This document shows, one piece after another, positions 1-11,882 of a stretch of 64,000 nt of DNA. The stretch is from Flavobacteriales bacterium (GTDB taxonomy: Bacteria; Bacteroidota; Bacteroidia; Flavobacteriales_F; PHOS-HE28): NCBI GenBank assembly GCA_046329115.1, contig JAXLVG010000006.1, positions 67,288-131,287 on the forward strand, read 5' to 3'. The position numbers and the translations under genes are program-made. How positions within the stretch are numbered: position 1 is the first letter of the stretch; the number at the start of each line of letters is the position of its first letter. The notes under the pieces were generated by a model that saw only the letters and a list, made by a program, of their open reading frames with translations, did no database searches and was not told where the DNA came from.

Positions 1-1
1 C

Positions 2-145
2 GTGGTGATGAACGAGCGCCATGCGCTGAACGGTCGCACGCAACTGCGCCTGGCCACCGAGGCGTTGGAGCCAGGGCTTTACACACTACGCATCAACGAC
101 GGCACACGCAACCTGACAAGCCTGCGCTTCGTGCGCACCAACTGA
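2..145 (+). CDS. 3' end of a gene truncated by the window edge; C-terminus resembles a T9SS type A sorting (CTD) domain
   Basis: Frame 2 reads ...QLRLATEALEPGLYTLRINDGTRNLTSLRFVRTN* (TGA 143-145); L-x-x-G-x-Y-x-L motif plus terminal R-F-V-x pattern typical of T9SS CTDs. Confidence 0.6.
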   Translation: MVMNERHALNGRTQLRLATEALEPGLYTLRINDGTRNLTSLRFVRTN

Positions 146-209
146 TCGCACCCAACGGACGCGTGAGGGCATCCCGGGAGCGGGGTGCCCTCGCGCACAT
201 CCGGTCAAC

Positions 210-773
210 ATGGTCCCCGAAACGCTCATCAACCGTTGCGCACGGCAGGAGCCGAAGGCCCAGTACGAGCTGTACCGGGCACTTCACGGGCTCATGATGT
301 CCATCTGCACGCGGTATGAGCGCAACCGACAGGACGCGGTGGCCCGGATGAACCAGGGATTCCTGAAGGTGCTGCAGAACATCGGCGACCGCCGTCCAGG
401 GGTGCCGTTCGATGCGTGGGTGAGCCGGATCATGATCAACACCGCCATCGACGACTTCCGCAAGCAGCGCAACCGCCGCGAACAGGAGGTGGTGATGGAG
501 CCGGTGGAGGACGGCAGGGCCGCCATGGTGAACGAGTACTTGCGCGACATGGAGGCCGAGGCCTTCGCCGCACTGCTGGACCGGGTGCCACCCATGTCCC
601 GGAACGTGTTCAACCTGCATGCGATCGACGGATACGCGCATGCGGAGATCGCCGAGCTGCTCCAGATAAGCGAAGGCACATCCAAATGGCACGTGGCCAA
701 TGCGCGCGCCATACTTCAAAAGGCCATCGCCCAGCAGGCGAAGGCCGCCACCATCAAGACAGAGGTGCGATGA
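210..773 (+). CDS. ECF-type RNA polymerase sigma-70 factor
   Basis: 187 aa; region 2 (FDAWVSRIMINTAIDDFRK) and region 4 (VFNLHAIDGYAHAEIAELLQISEGTSKWHVANAR). Confidence 0.9.
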   Translation: MVPETLINRCARQEPKAQYELYRALHGLMMSICTRYERNRQDAVARMNQGFLKVLQNIGDRRPGVPFDAWVSRIMINTAIDDFRKQRNRREQEVVMEPVEDGRAAMVNEYLRDMEAEAFAALLDRVPPMSRNVFNLHAIDGYAHAEIAELLQISEGTSKWHVANARAILQKAIAQQAKAATIKTEVR

Positions 774-2377
774 ACAAGGAGAACGAATTCGACCGGATCG
801 CCCGCGAAAAGCTCGCCGAGCGCTCCTTCACCTTCCAGGAGGGTGACTGGGCCGCGATGGAACAGCTCATCACCCAGGGCCGGAAGCGCCGCGGCCTCGG
901 CTGGTGGTACACACTGGCCGCCGTGGCCCTGATCGCGCCGATCGCGTGGTACCTGCTGCAGGAGCCCGCCACCGAGGCACCGGCATTGGTGCAAGTGCCC
1001 GCCGCACAGCCGAGCGATACGGCCAACGCGCCCACACAAGCACCGGATCGGAACAACACGACCACGAGCGCGGAACGCTCCACCGACACCGGGCACATGG
1101 CGGAGAGCAGCGCGACGCCGGGATCGAGCCCGGCCTCCGCATCTGCTCAAAGCGCGGCGGTGCCCGAGCAACAAACCTCAGCGACCGGGGCTACTACAAC
1201 ACAAGCCACAACACGGCCGCGCCCTGCGAACACGCGCACAGGCAACGCCTCGCTGGGCACGAGCCCGACCATCGCACAAACCGCACCACCTTCATCCGGA
1301 GCGGTCCCTGCCGAACCCCACATTCAGGCTGCATCGCCCAATACTTCAGGAACCGCAGTGAACGTTGCGACAGCAGCCACGACCGAGGCGAACACGGCAC
1401 CGCTGGACAACCCCCCCCCCGTGGTGCAGCCGGATGTCCCGATCGCCCCGGGCTCCGAGGAACCTGCGAGCACCGTGGCACCGAGCGGAGGGACCGAAGG
1501 AACTTCCGGTGTGACACCTGTGGATGCCCAAAGTCCTCTCGCCCCCGGCAACGCACCGCTCGCGCAGGACAGCACCGCGCCCGCACCACCGACCATCGTG
1601 GCGAAGGCCGTGCGTCCGTGGGCCCTGGAGCTCACCGGCCTTGGCGGGGCCTGGGCCTCCGCACCGCGCTACAGCGGCACGGAAACGGACCCTTGGCGCA
1701 ATGATGTGCACAGCCGCCTGGCACCGGCCTGCGGGGCGGAAGTGGCGTTGCAACGGGGCTGGTTCGGTGTGGGCACGGGCGTCCATGCGACCACCTACAG
1801 CGAAGCGGTGCAGCAGGAGCGCCAGCAGACGTCCAATACCAGCGTTGACACGAGCTACGGGCTCACCCCGACGCCCGCGACCATCACGATCATCATCGAT
1901 ACCATCATCCAGGGACCGGCCACCTACTACGTCACCCAGACCATCGACACGGTGCTGAACGTTCTTACGACGGAGTACGACACCACGACCACCGTGACCG
2001 TCCTGCGCGAGGGCATCGACCGCGTGAACCGCGTGAGCTACGTGGAAGTGCCGCTCTTCCTGGACCTGCACACATCCGCAGGGCGCTGGACCTTCGGGGC
2101 GCGGGGCGGCCCCTTCGTTGGCTTCCGGACAGAGCAACGCACCGTGCTACCGGGCGCCGAAGGCGCGAACGGCAACCTGGCCGACGCCACCTTCCGCAGC
2201 ACGGTGTTCGGCTGGAGCGCCCGTGTCTACGCGCGTTACCGGCTTACCGACCGCTGGAGCCTGGGGATGGAACCGGGCATGCGCGGCAGCTTCGGCGACG
2301 TGATGGATACCCCGGGTATCGCGCGGCGGAACAGCGCCTGGGGCGCCTGGCTCAGCCTGAGCTACCGCCTGCCCTGA
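770..2377 (+). CDS. Putative anti-sigma membrane protein with long Pro/Ala/Thr linker and C-terminal outer-membrane beta-barrel
   Basis: ATG at 770 overlaps the sigma stop (ATGA). N-terminal MNKENEFDRIAREKL..W..ME, then RKRR and one TM segment (GLGWWYTLAAVALIAPIAWYLL), about 250 aa low-complexity linker, then amphipathic beta strands ending LSLSYRLP. Confidence 0.7.
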   Translation: MNKENEFDRIAREKLAERSFTFQEGDWAAMEQLITQGRKRRGLGWWYTLAAVALIAPIAWYLLQEPATEAPALVQVPAAQPSDTANAPTQAPDRNNTTTSAERSTDTGHMAESSATPGSSPASASAQSAAVPEQQTSATGATTTQATTRPRPANTRTGNASLGTSPTIAQTAPPSSGAVPAEPHIQAASPNTSGTAVNVATAATTEANTAPLDNPPPVVQPDVPIAPGSEEPASTVAPSGGTEGTSGVTPVDAQSPLAPGNAPLAQDSTAPAPPTIVAKAVRPWALELTGLGGAWASAPRYSGTETDPWRNDVHSRLAPACGAEVALQRGWFGVGTGVHATTYSEAVQQERQQTSNTSVDTSYGLTPTPATITIIIDTIIQGPATYYVTQTIDTVLNVLTTEYDTTTTVTVLREGIDRVNRVSYVEVPLFLDLHTSAGRWTFGARGGPFVGFRTEQRTVLPGAEGANGNLADATFRSTVFGWSARVYARYRLTDRWSLGMEPGMRGSFGDVMDTPGIARRNSAWGAWLSLSYRLP

Positions 2378-2401
2378 GCGAAGGAGGCCGAACTTCGCCG
2401 C

Positions 2402-2929
2402 ATGGACCTGGAGCAACTGCCCGCGTTCGTGCGCACCGATGTGGTCCGCGCGGTGATCGAGATCCCCGCCGGCACCGTGGAGAAACGGCAATACGACCCC
2501 GCACGCAGCACCTTCCCGGTGGATGAGCGGAACGGGCGGCCCCGGCGCATCGCCTTCCTCCCCTATCCGGCGAACTACGGCTTCGTGCCCGGCACACGCA
2601 TGGACAAGGCCCAGGGCGGCGATGGGGATGCGCTGGACGTGTTCGTGCTGTGCACCAGCGTGCCCAGCGGCACCGTGCTGGAAGTGGAACCCATCGGCGT
2701 GATCGAACTGCTCGACGCCGGCGAGCGCGACGACAAGGTGATCGCGCTGCCGGTCGATCCGGCCCTGCGCACGCTGGAGGCACGCGACCTGCACGACCTG
2801 CCCGCTGCGGCCCGGGAGATCCTGGTGACCTGGCTCCTCAATTACGACCCCGAGGACCGGACCCAACTGGTGGGCATCCGGGACAAGGCGGAGGCGCTGC
2901 GCATGATCGCGCGGTGGGTCGTGCGTTGA
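2402..2929 (+). CDS. ppa: Family I inorganic pyrophosphatase
   Basis: VIEIPAG..K..YD, YPANYGFVPGT, DGDALDV, DDKVIA motifs. Confidence 0.9.
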   Translation: MDLEQLPAFVRTDVVRAVIEIPAGTVEKRQYDPARSTFPVDERNGRPRRIAFLPYPANYGFVPGTRMDKAQGGDGDALDVFVLCTSVPSGTVLEVEPIGVIELLDAGERDDKVIALPVDPALRTLEARDLHDLPAAAREILVTWLLNYDPEDRTQLVGIRDKAEALRMIARWVVR

Positions 2930-2938
2930 AGGCCTGGC

Positions 2939-5368
2939 TCAGCCGCGCAGCACGGCACCGGTGGCCTGTTCGATGGCTGTGCGGATGCGCCCCATGGCCT
3001 TGTCCACCTGTTCATCGGTAAGGGTCTTCTCGCTGTCCTGCAGCACGAAGCTTAGCGCATAGCTCTTCTTGCCCGGCGGCAGCTTGTCGCCCTCGTACAC
3101 ATCGAAGAGGTCCACCTGCCGGAGCAGCTTGCGCTCGGCACCGCGTGCCGCGCGTTCGATGCCAGCGTAGGTCACTTGTGCGTCCAGGAGCAGGCTCAGG
3201 TCCCGCCGCACGCTGGGGAAACGCGGCACTTCGCGGTGGGTGATGCGCGCACGGCCCACCGCGGTCGCCAACCGTTCCACCATGAGCTCGGCGAAGCAGG
3301 CGCTCTGCCGCACATCCATGGCACGCGCGATCGCCGGCGCCACCAGGCCCACGCGGGCCACCACGCCCTCCTTGATGGAGAACCGCACACAGCCGTTCAA
3401 CAGCGGATCATCGCTCACGTCCAGGTCCGCCGGCACGCCCAGCCGTTCCAGCAGGAGCTCCAGCTCGGCCTTGGCATCCTCCACCGTGGCGGGCACCTGG
3501 GCCTTGCGCCAGCGCTCGCGCGAGGCGGCACCGGTGATCAGGAACGCAATGCGCTCCTCCTCCACCGCAGCGCCGGCATGCACGGCGTACACGCGTCCGC
3601 GCTCGAAGAGACGCAGGTCCGGCTGCTGCCGGGCGATGTTGTGCGCAGCGCTCTGCAACAGGCCGAAGAGCATCGAGGGCCGCAGCACATCGAGTTCCGC
3701 GCTCAAGGGATTGCGGACATGCACCAGCTGACCCGTCGCCGCGGCCTGGCCCTCCACCATGCGCGCCGCGCTCACCAGCGAAGGGGTCATCACCTCCTTG
3801 AAGCCGCGCGCAGCGAGGTGCGCGGCGATGCGCCGATGCAGCGTTTCCAGCGGCTCCTCCGCGCGCGGGGCCGAGGGCACGCGCAACACCTCGGGCACCG
3901 GGACGCGGTCGAAGCCCACGATGCGCAGCACTTCCTCGATGAGGTCGGCTTCGCGAAGAACGTCCACCCGATAGGGCGGCACGGCCACCACGAAACCATC
4001 GCCGCTGCGGTCGTCGATGCGGCAGCCGATCTCCACGAGCGCGCGTTCCACCTCGGCACCGGAGAGCTCCGCCCCGATGAGCGTGCGCGTGCGCGCGAGG
4101 GAAAGTCCCACCTGCCGCCATTCCAACTGCGCATGCTGCACATCGGTGATGGCAGAGGCGATCCGCGCGCCGGCCACCTCGCGCAACAGCAATGCCGCGC
4201 GCTTCAAGGCGTACACGGTGATCTCCGGATCCACGCCCCGCTCGAAGCGGAAGGAAGCATCGGTCTGCAGGCCATGCCGCCGGGCCGTCCGCCGGATGCG
4301 CGCGGGGTTGAAGCAGGCGCTCTCCAGGAACACCGTGGTGGTGGCATCGGTGACCCCGCTGTGCAGGCCCCCGAAAACGCCCGCGATGCAGGCGGGCACA
4401 TCGCCGTCGGCGATCACCAGATCGGCGGCGGCCAGCTTCCGTTCGATCCCGTCCAGGGTCACGAAGGGTTCACCCGCGGAAGCATCGCGCACCACGATCC
4501 GGCGCCCGGACAGCTTGTCCGCATCGAACGCGTGCAGCGGCTGGCCCAGCTCGTACTGTACGAAGTTGGTGACGTCCACCACGTTGTTGATCGGCTTCAG
4601 CCCGATGCTCTTCAGGCGGTCCTGCAGCCACGCGGGCGAAGGGGCCACGGCAACGTGGGTGAGCGTGAGGCCCGCATAACGCGGCGCCCCTTCGGGCGAG
4701 CGCACCTCCACCTGCACGGCCGCGCCCTGCTCCTCCTGAACGAAGGCGGACACATCGGGCCAGCGCACCTGCAACTGGGCCCCGGTGCGCGTGTTCAGCG
4801 CCGCCGCCAGGTCGCGGGCCACACCGGCATGGCCCATGGCATCGGCACGGTTCGGCGTAAGGCCGATCTCCAGCGCGAAGTCGCTCACTAGGCCGAGGTG
4901 CTCGGCGGCCGGCGTGCCCACCATGGCATCCGCTGACAACACCATGATCCCAGCGTGAGAGATACCCAAGCCCAGTTCATCCTCGGCGCAGATCATGCCC
5001 TGGCTCTCCACCCCACGGATCTTCGAGCGCTTGATGGTGAGCGGCTCCCCGCCGACCGGATGCAGGGTGCTGCCCACGGTGGCCACGAATACTTTCTGTC
5101 CGGCGGCCACGTTGGGCGCCCCGCACACGATGGTGGCCGGGGTACCGGTGCCCAGGTCCACCTGGCAAACGCTCAGGCGGTCCGCATCCGGGTGCTTGGC
5201 ACGCTCCAGCACGGCACCTACGACCACGCCCTGCAGCATGCCCGGCACAGGTTCCACTGGCGTCACGCTCTCCACCTCCAGCCCGGTGCTGGTCAGGATG
5301 GCCGCGGCCGCGTGCGGGTCCAGGTCGGTATCGATCAGGGTGCGAAGCCAGTTCCAGGAGATGCGCAT
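2939..5368 (-). CDS. pheT: Phenylalanyl-tRNA synthetase beta subunit
   Basis: Start MRISWNWLR at 5368; HPDADRL, IVCGAPNV, ITPNR-type (LTPNRADAMGH), FERGVD, RRDLSLL motifs; about 809 aa. Confidence 0.97.
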   Translation of the reverse strand: MRISWNWLRTLIDTDLDPHAAAAILTSTGLEVESVTPVEPVPGMLQGVVVGAVLERAKHPDADRLSVCQVDLGTGTPATIVCGAPNVAAGQKVFVATVGSTLHPVGGEPLTIKRSKIRGVESQGMICAEDELGLGISHAGIMVLSADAMVGTPAAEHLGLVSDFALEIGLTPNRADAMGHAGVARDLAAALNTRTGAQLQVRWPDVSAFVQEEQGAAVQVEVRSPEGAPRYAGLTLTHVAVAPSPAWLQDRLKSIGLKPINNVVDVTNFVQYELGQPLHAFDADKLSGRRIVVRDASAGEPFVTLDGIERKLAAADLVIADGDVPACIAGVFGGLHSGVTDATTTVFLESACFNPARIRRTARRHGLQTDASFRFERGVDPEITVYALKRAALLLREVAGARIASAITDVQHAQLEWRQVGLSLARTRTLIGAELSGAEVERALVEIGCRIDDRSGDGFVVAVPPYRVDVLREADLIEEVLRIVGFDRVPVPEVLRVPSAPRAEEPLETLHRRIAAHLAARGFKEVMTPSLVSAARMVEGQAAATGQLVHVRNPLSAELDVLRPSMLFGLLQSAAHNIARQQPDLRLFERGRVYAVHAGAAVEEERIAFLITGAASRERWRKAQVPATVEDAKAELELLLERLGVPADLDVSDDPLLNGCVRFSIKEGVVARVGLVAPAIARAMDVRQSACFAELMVERLATAVGRARITHREVPRFPSVRRDLSLLLDAQVTYAGIERAARGAERKLLRQVDLFDVYEGDKLPPGKKSYALSFVLQDSEKTLTDEQVDKAMGRIRTAIEQATGAVLRG

Positions 5369-5482
5369 GGTGCCTTGGGGATCCGCCGACCCCGGGGTCC
5401 ATCCGGGGCTCGGCGTAGGTGATGGTCGTTGAAAGGTCGGCGAAGGTACCAAAGGCCGTTGTGGCGATAGTTTCGTGCGGCC

Positions 5483-6694
5483 GTGGAGTACATCATCCTT
5501 TCGATCCCGCTGTTCTTCCTGCTGATGGGGGTGGAGCTGGCGTGGAGCGCCTGGACCCACCGGAAGGTCTACCGCCTGAACGACTTCATCGCCAACCTGG
5601 GCTGCGGCATCGGCTCGCAGGTGGTGGGCGCCTTCACCAAGGCCGGGATCTTCTCGATCTACCTGTGGGCCTACGACCATCTACGCCTGCTCACCCTGCC
5701 CAGCACCGCCCTCACCTGGGTGGTGGCTTTCCTGCTCGTCGACCTGCTGTACTACTGGTTCCACCGCCTCAGCCACGAGGTGAACTTCCTGTGGGCAGCG
5801 CACATCGTGCACCACCAGAGCGAGGAGTACAACCTGAGCGTGGCGCTGCGCCAGAGCTGGTGGCAGGGCCTGTTCAGCTGGTGGTTCTACCTGCCCATGG
5901 CGGTGCTCGGCATCAACCCGGTGCTCATCGTCACCGTGGGCGCCTTCAACACCCTGTACCAGTTCTGGATCCACACCAAGGCCATCGGGCGCCTGGGTCC
6001 GCTGGAGACCCTGTTCAACACACCGAGCCACCACCGCGTGCACCACGGGAGCGACCCCAAGTACATCGATCGCAACCACGCCGGCACGCTCATCGTGTGG
6101 GACCGCCTCTTCGGCACCTACCAGCGCGAGGAAGAGGAGCCCGTGTACGGCATCACAACGCCGCTCACCAGCTGGGATCCGGTGCGGGCCAACTTCCACT
6201 ACTGGGGCGAGCTGATCGACCTGGCGAAGCAGTGCCCACGGTGGAGCGACAAGGTCCGCGTGTTCCTGAAGCCGCCCGGCTGGCGGCCCGCTGCGCTCGG
6301 CGGCTTCCAGGGGCCACAGCAGAAGGACCGTACCACCTACCGCAAGTTCGATACGGCGGTGCCGAAGGAACTGCACGGCTACGTGGCCGTGCAGTTCACC
6401 TTGCTGCTGGTGGTGACCACGCTGTTCCTGTTCAAGCAGCAACAACTTCCGCCCTGGATGCAATGGGCCGCGGCCCTGCTGATCATCTGGTGGGTGATGG
6501 ACATGGGCCTCCTGATGGAACGGCATCGCCGTGCCGTGATGCTGGAGAGCGGGCGCATCATGGCCTTCGCGCTGCTGGGCATCGGGCTCGTTCCCACCCT
6601 CTTGAACGCGTGGCCCCTGATCACCATCGTCCTCGGTGGCGTCAGCCTCCTGCACCTGGCGATGCTCGCCGCCAAGGACATCCTGCCATGGTGA
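5483..6694 (+). CDS. Alkylglycerol monooxygenase (AGMO/TMEM195)-like fatty acid hydroxylase family membrane di-iron enzyme
   Basis: His boxes YYWFHRLSHEVNFLWAAHIVHHQSEEYNLSVALRQ and FNTPSHHRVHHG..IDRNHAGTLIVWDRLFGT, plus the AGMO-type C-terminal extension (YGITTP...KPPGW) and extra TM helices; 403 aa. Confidence 0.8.
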   Translation: MEYIILSIPLFFLLMGVELAWSAWTHRKVYRLNDFIANLGCGIGSQVVGAFTKAGIFSIYLWAYDHLRLLTLPSTALTWVVAFLLVDLLYYWFHRLSHEVNFLWAAHIVHHQSEEYNLSVALRQSWWQGLFSWWFYLPMAVLGINPVLIVTVGAFNTLYQFWIHTKAIGRLGPLETLFNTPSHHRVHHGSDPKYIDRNHAGTLIVWDRLFGTYQREEEEPVYGITTPLTSWDPVRANFHYWGELIDLAKQCPRWSDKVRVFLKPPGWRPAALGGFQGPQQKDRTTYRKFDTAVPKELHGYVAVQFTLLLVVTTLFLFKQQQLPPWMQWAAALLIIWWVMDMGLLMERHRRAVMLESGRIMAFALLGIGLVPTLLNAWPLITIVLGGVSLLHLAMLAAKDILPW

Positions 6695-7230
6695 AGCTGC
6701 CCGTTCCGTCCCTTGAGGGCCTGCGCACGGAGCGGCTCACCTTCCGCCGCCTTGCACCGGCCGATGTGGACTGGTGGATGGGGTACATCAACGACGCCAC
6801 CGCGATCCGCTTCATGCCCTTCACGTTGGGCAGCCGTGCGGACTGTGCGCTGATGATCCAACGCTCGCTGGACCGCTACGCGCAGGATGGCAGCGGGCTG
6901 CACGCGCTGATCACGGCCGATGGCACGGCGGTGGGCCAGTGCGGGTTGCTCACACAGGAGGTGGACGGCGCCGCTGAACTGGAAGTGGGCTACCACCTGC
7001 ACCCCGCGCATTGGGGCCGTGGCTACGCCAGCGAAGCCGCCATCGCCTGCAGGGACTTCGCCTTCGCGCGGTGCCTCGCCCCCTCGGTGATCTCGTTGAT
7101 AGACCCGGGCAACGCCCTGAGCCAGGCCGTCGCCCGCCGCAACGGCATGTCCTGCGGCAAGCGGACGGTGCACCGGGGCATCCCCGCGGATGTCTGGCGC
7201 GTGTGGGCGGACGCGCGCTCCGGCACCTGA
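6688..7230 (+). CDS. GNAT family N-acetyltransferase (RimJ/RimL type)
   Basis: ATG at 6688 overlaps the upstream gene end; LRTERLTFRR, VGQCGL, EVGYHLHPAHWGRGYASEAA, IDPGNALSQAVARRNGM. Confidence 0.85.
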   Translation: MVKLPVPSLEGLRTERLTFRRLAPADVDWWMGYINDATAIRFMPFTLGSRADCALMIQRSLDRYAQDGSGLHALITADGTAVGQCGLLTQEVDGAAELEVGYHLHPAHWGRGYASEAAIACRDFAFARCLAPSVISLIDPGNALSQAVARRNGMSCGKRTVHRGIPADVWRVWADARSGT

Positions 7231-7271
7231 GCGAAGACGGGCACGGCTAACTTCGCCCGCATCACCGCCGC

Positions 7272-7996
7272 ATGGAGATCACGAAGCACCCCTGGTTGAA
7301 CATCGGGGCGTACGCCCTGGCCACGTTGGGCTGCGCGGTGGCCGTGGGCACCGGCCGGCACGGGCTGGAGTATGTGTGCAAGCCGGCGATGATGCTGATC
7401 CTCTCCTCCTGGTTCTTCTTCAACAGCCGGCGCTACGGCGACCGGTTCACGCTGCTGATCCAGGCCGGCCTCTTCTTCTCGCTCATCGGGGACATCGCAC
7501 TGATGTTCGCCGACGTGGACCACTTCAATTTCATCATCGGCCTGGGCGCCTTCCTCATCGCGCACCTGTGCTACGCCATGGCCTTCATCAGCAACATCAC
7601 GGCCACCGAGGGCGATGGCTGGGTGCTTGGTGCGGGGGTCTCCGCGCTGATCGTGCTCTATGCGGTCTTCTTCGCGCTGGACCTGGTGCCTGTGCTGGAC
7701 GAGACCATGGTGCTCCCCGTGGTGGCCTACGTCTGCGTGATCGCCTTCATGGGCGTCACTGCGGCCTTCCGCCACACGCGCACGTTCCCGCGCAGCTTCT
7801 GGCTGGTGCTGGTGGGCGCCGCGTTGTTCATGGTGTCGGACAGCCTGCTGGCCACCAACCGGTTCGTGCGCCCGCTGTCGTGGGCGCCTGCGGTGATCAT
7901 CATCACCTATGCCGCCGCGCAGCTGCTCATCGCCTTCGGGGCGCTGGTGCATGTGCTGGACCCGGACACCATCCTCCGGCGCCGGGCCCTGGAAGC

Positions 7997-8000
<4 letters not shown>
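7272..8000 (+). CDS. YhhN/TMEM86 family lysoplasmalogenase
   Basis: Multi-TM; KPAMM, GLFFSLIGDIALM, GLGAFLIAHLCY, GAALFMVSDSLLA, TYAAAQLLI motifs. Confidence 0.85.
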
Positions 8001-10123
<2,123 letters not shown>

Positions 10124-10154
10124 GGGCTGAAAATACCGTGAGGGTTCGGTGTGC

Positions 10155-10580
10155 TCACCACAACCCCGGCACCAACCGGGCCACGCCCTTCATGCGCTCC
10201 GGATAGTCCGGATGGCGCATCGTGAGCGCACGCTCCTCGTACCGGATCTTCAGCACGAGCACCACCAGGCAGACCGGCAACGCGGCCCAGCGCCAGGTGC
10301 TCGGATCCCCGAAGGCGACCGCCGCACCGCACAAGAGCACGGCCGCATACATCGGGTGGCGAACGAAGCGGTAGATGCCGCGCTGCGAAAGTTCATTGCC
10401 TTCGCGCGGATCGGGCAGGATGGTGAAGTTCCTGCTTCCTAGAGCGGCCGTGGCCAGCACGAAGACCAGCATACCGGTGCCGAAGAGCGCCCAGGCCCAC
10501 CACGGCAGATCCCAGCCACCAGCGAAAAGCAAGATCGCGATGCAGGTGAACTGTGCGAGGACCAGTGCGAGCGAACGCAT
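10155..10580 (-). CDS. Isoprenylcysteine carboxyl methyltransferase / PEMT family membrane protein
   Basis: Small multi-TM protein with GIYRFVRHPMY and KIRYEERAL...YPE motifs. Confidence 0.8.
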   Translation of the reverse strand: MRSLALVLAQFTCIAILLFAGGWDLPWWAWALFGTGMLVFVLATAALGSRNFTILPDPREGNELSQRGIYRFVRHPMYAAVLLCGAAVAFGDPSTWRWAALPVCLVVLVLKIRYEERALTMRHPDYPERMKGVARLVPGLW

Positions 10581-10586
10581 CGGCGC

Positions 10587-11867
10587 TCAGATCGCCCCCA
10601 CACCCAGCATCAGCGCCGGCTCCTCCATCATCCCCTTGAAGGTGTTCAGGAAGGCCGCGCCGGTGGCGCCGTCCACCACGCGGTGATCGCAGCTCAGCGT
10701 CACCTTCATGGTGTGGCCGGGCACGATGGCGCCATTGCGCACCACGGGCTTCTCCACGATGCCGCCCACGGCCAGGATGCACGCGTCCGGCGGGTTGATG
10801 ATGGCCGTGAACTCCTCGATGCCGAACATGCCCAGGTTGGAGATGGTGAAGGTGTTGCCTTCCCAATCCTGCGGCTGCAGCTTCTTCTCTTTGGCCTTCT
10901 TCGCATAGTCCCGCACCTCCGCACCGATCGCGCGCAGTGCTTTGCCGTCCGCGAAGCGAACGACCGGCACGAGCAGGCCCTCCTCCACCGCTACGGCCAC
11001 GCCGATGTGCACGTGCTCGTTGAAGCGGATGCGGTCGCCGAGCCAGCTGCTGTTCACCTTGGGGTGCTGCTTCAAGGCAACGGCCACGGCCTTGATCACC
11101 ATGTCGTTGAAGCTGATCTTGTCCGGTGCGATGCTCGCATTGATCGCTTCACGGACCTGCATCGCGCGCGACATGTCAAGCTCAATGGTGAGGTAGAAGT
11201 GCGGCGCGGAGAACTTGCTTTCGGCCAGGCGCTTGGCGATGGTCTTGCGCATCTGGCTCACGGGCACCTCGGTGAAGCGCTCCACCTGCGGGCCGCTGAA
11301 GGCCATGCCGCCGCCGGTGTAGTTCTCCACGTCGGCCTTGATCACCCGGCCTTCCGGACCGCTGCCACGCACACGGCTGATGTCGATGCCTTTCTCCTCG
11401 GCGAGGTGCTTCGCCAGAGGGGATGCCTTGATGCGGCCGTTCGTTGGTGCAGCAGGGGCAGCGGCGGGAGCGCTCTTGGCCACCGGCACCGGCTCCTGTG
11501 CCTTCGGTGCCGGAGCAGGCCCGGGTGTTGGAGCTGGGGCAACGGCAGTGGTCTTTGCCTCTTGCGCCTGCGGCTGCTCCTTCGGGGCCGTACTCGCAGC
11601 TTCTGCGAGCAGCGCGGTGATGTCCTCGCCCTCCTTGCCGAAGATGGCCAGCAGGGAATCCACCGGGGCGGTCTGGCCTTGTTGCACACCGATGTGCAGC
11701 AAGGTGCCGTCCACGAAGCTCTCGAACTCCATGGTGGCCTTGTCGGTCTCGATCTCAGCGAGGATGTCGCCGCTCTTGACCTTGTCCCCCACTTTCTTGT
11801 TCCACTTCGCAACGACACCCTCGGTCATGGTGTCGCTCAACTTCGGCATGCGTACGATCTCGGCCAT
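10587..11867 (-). CDS. pdhC: Pyruvate dehydrogenase E2, dihydrolipoamide acetyltransferase (single lipoyl domain)
   Basis: MPKLSDTMTEG, ETDKATMEFE lipoyl motif, KASPLAK E3-binding, GSGPEGRVIKADV, SCDHRVVDGA. Confidence 0.95.
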   Translation of the reverse strand: MAEIVRMPKLSDTMTEGVVAKWNKKVGDKVKSGDILAEIETDKATMEFESFVDGTLLHIGVQQGQTAPVDSLLAIFGKEGEDITALLAEAASTAPKEQPQAQEAKTTAVAPAPTPGPAPAPKAQEPVPVAKSAPAAAPAAPTNGRIKASPLAKHLAEEKGIDISRVRGSGPEGRVIKADVENYTGGGMAFSGPQVERFTEVPVSQMRKTIAKRLAESKFSAPHFYLTIELDMSRAMQVREAINASIAPDKISFNDMVIKAVAVALKQHPKVNSSWLGDRIRFNEHVHIGVAVAVEEGLLVPVVRFADGKALRAIGAEVRDYAKKAKEKKLQPQDWEGNTFTISNLGMFGIEEFTAIINPPDACILAVGGIVEKPVVRNGAIVPGHTMKVTLSCDHRVVDGATGAAFLNTFKGMMEEPALMLGVGAI

Positions 11868-11882
11868 GATGGTCGGTTTGGT

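Noticed and set aside
416-769. 5' extension of the 653-aa ORF overlapping the sigma gene
   Set aside because: The protein-like sequence starts at ATG 770, coupled to the sigma stop; the upstream part is off-frame read-through of the sigma gene.
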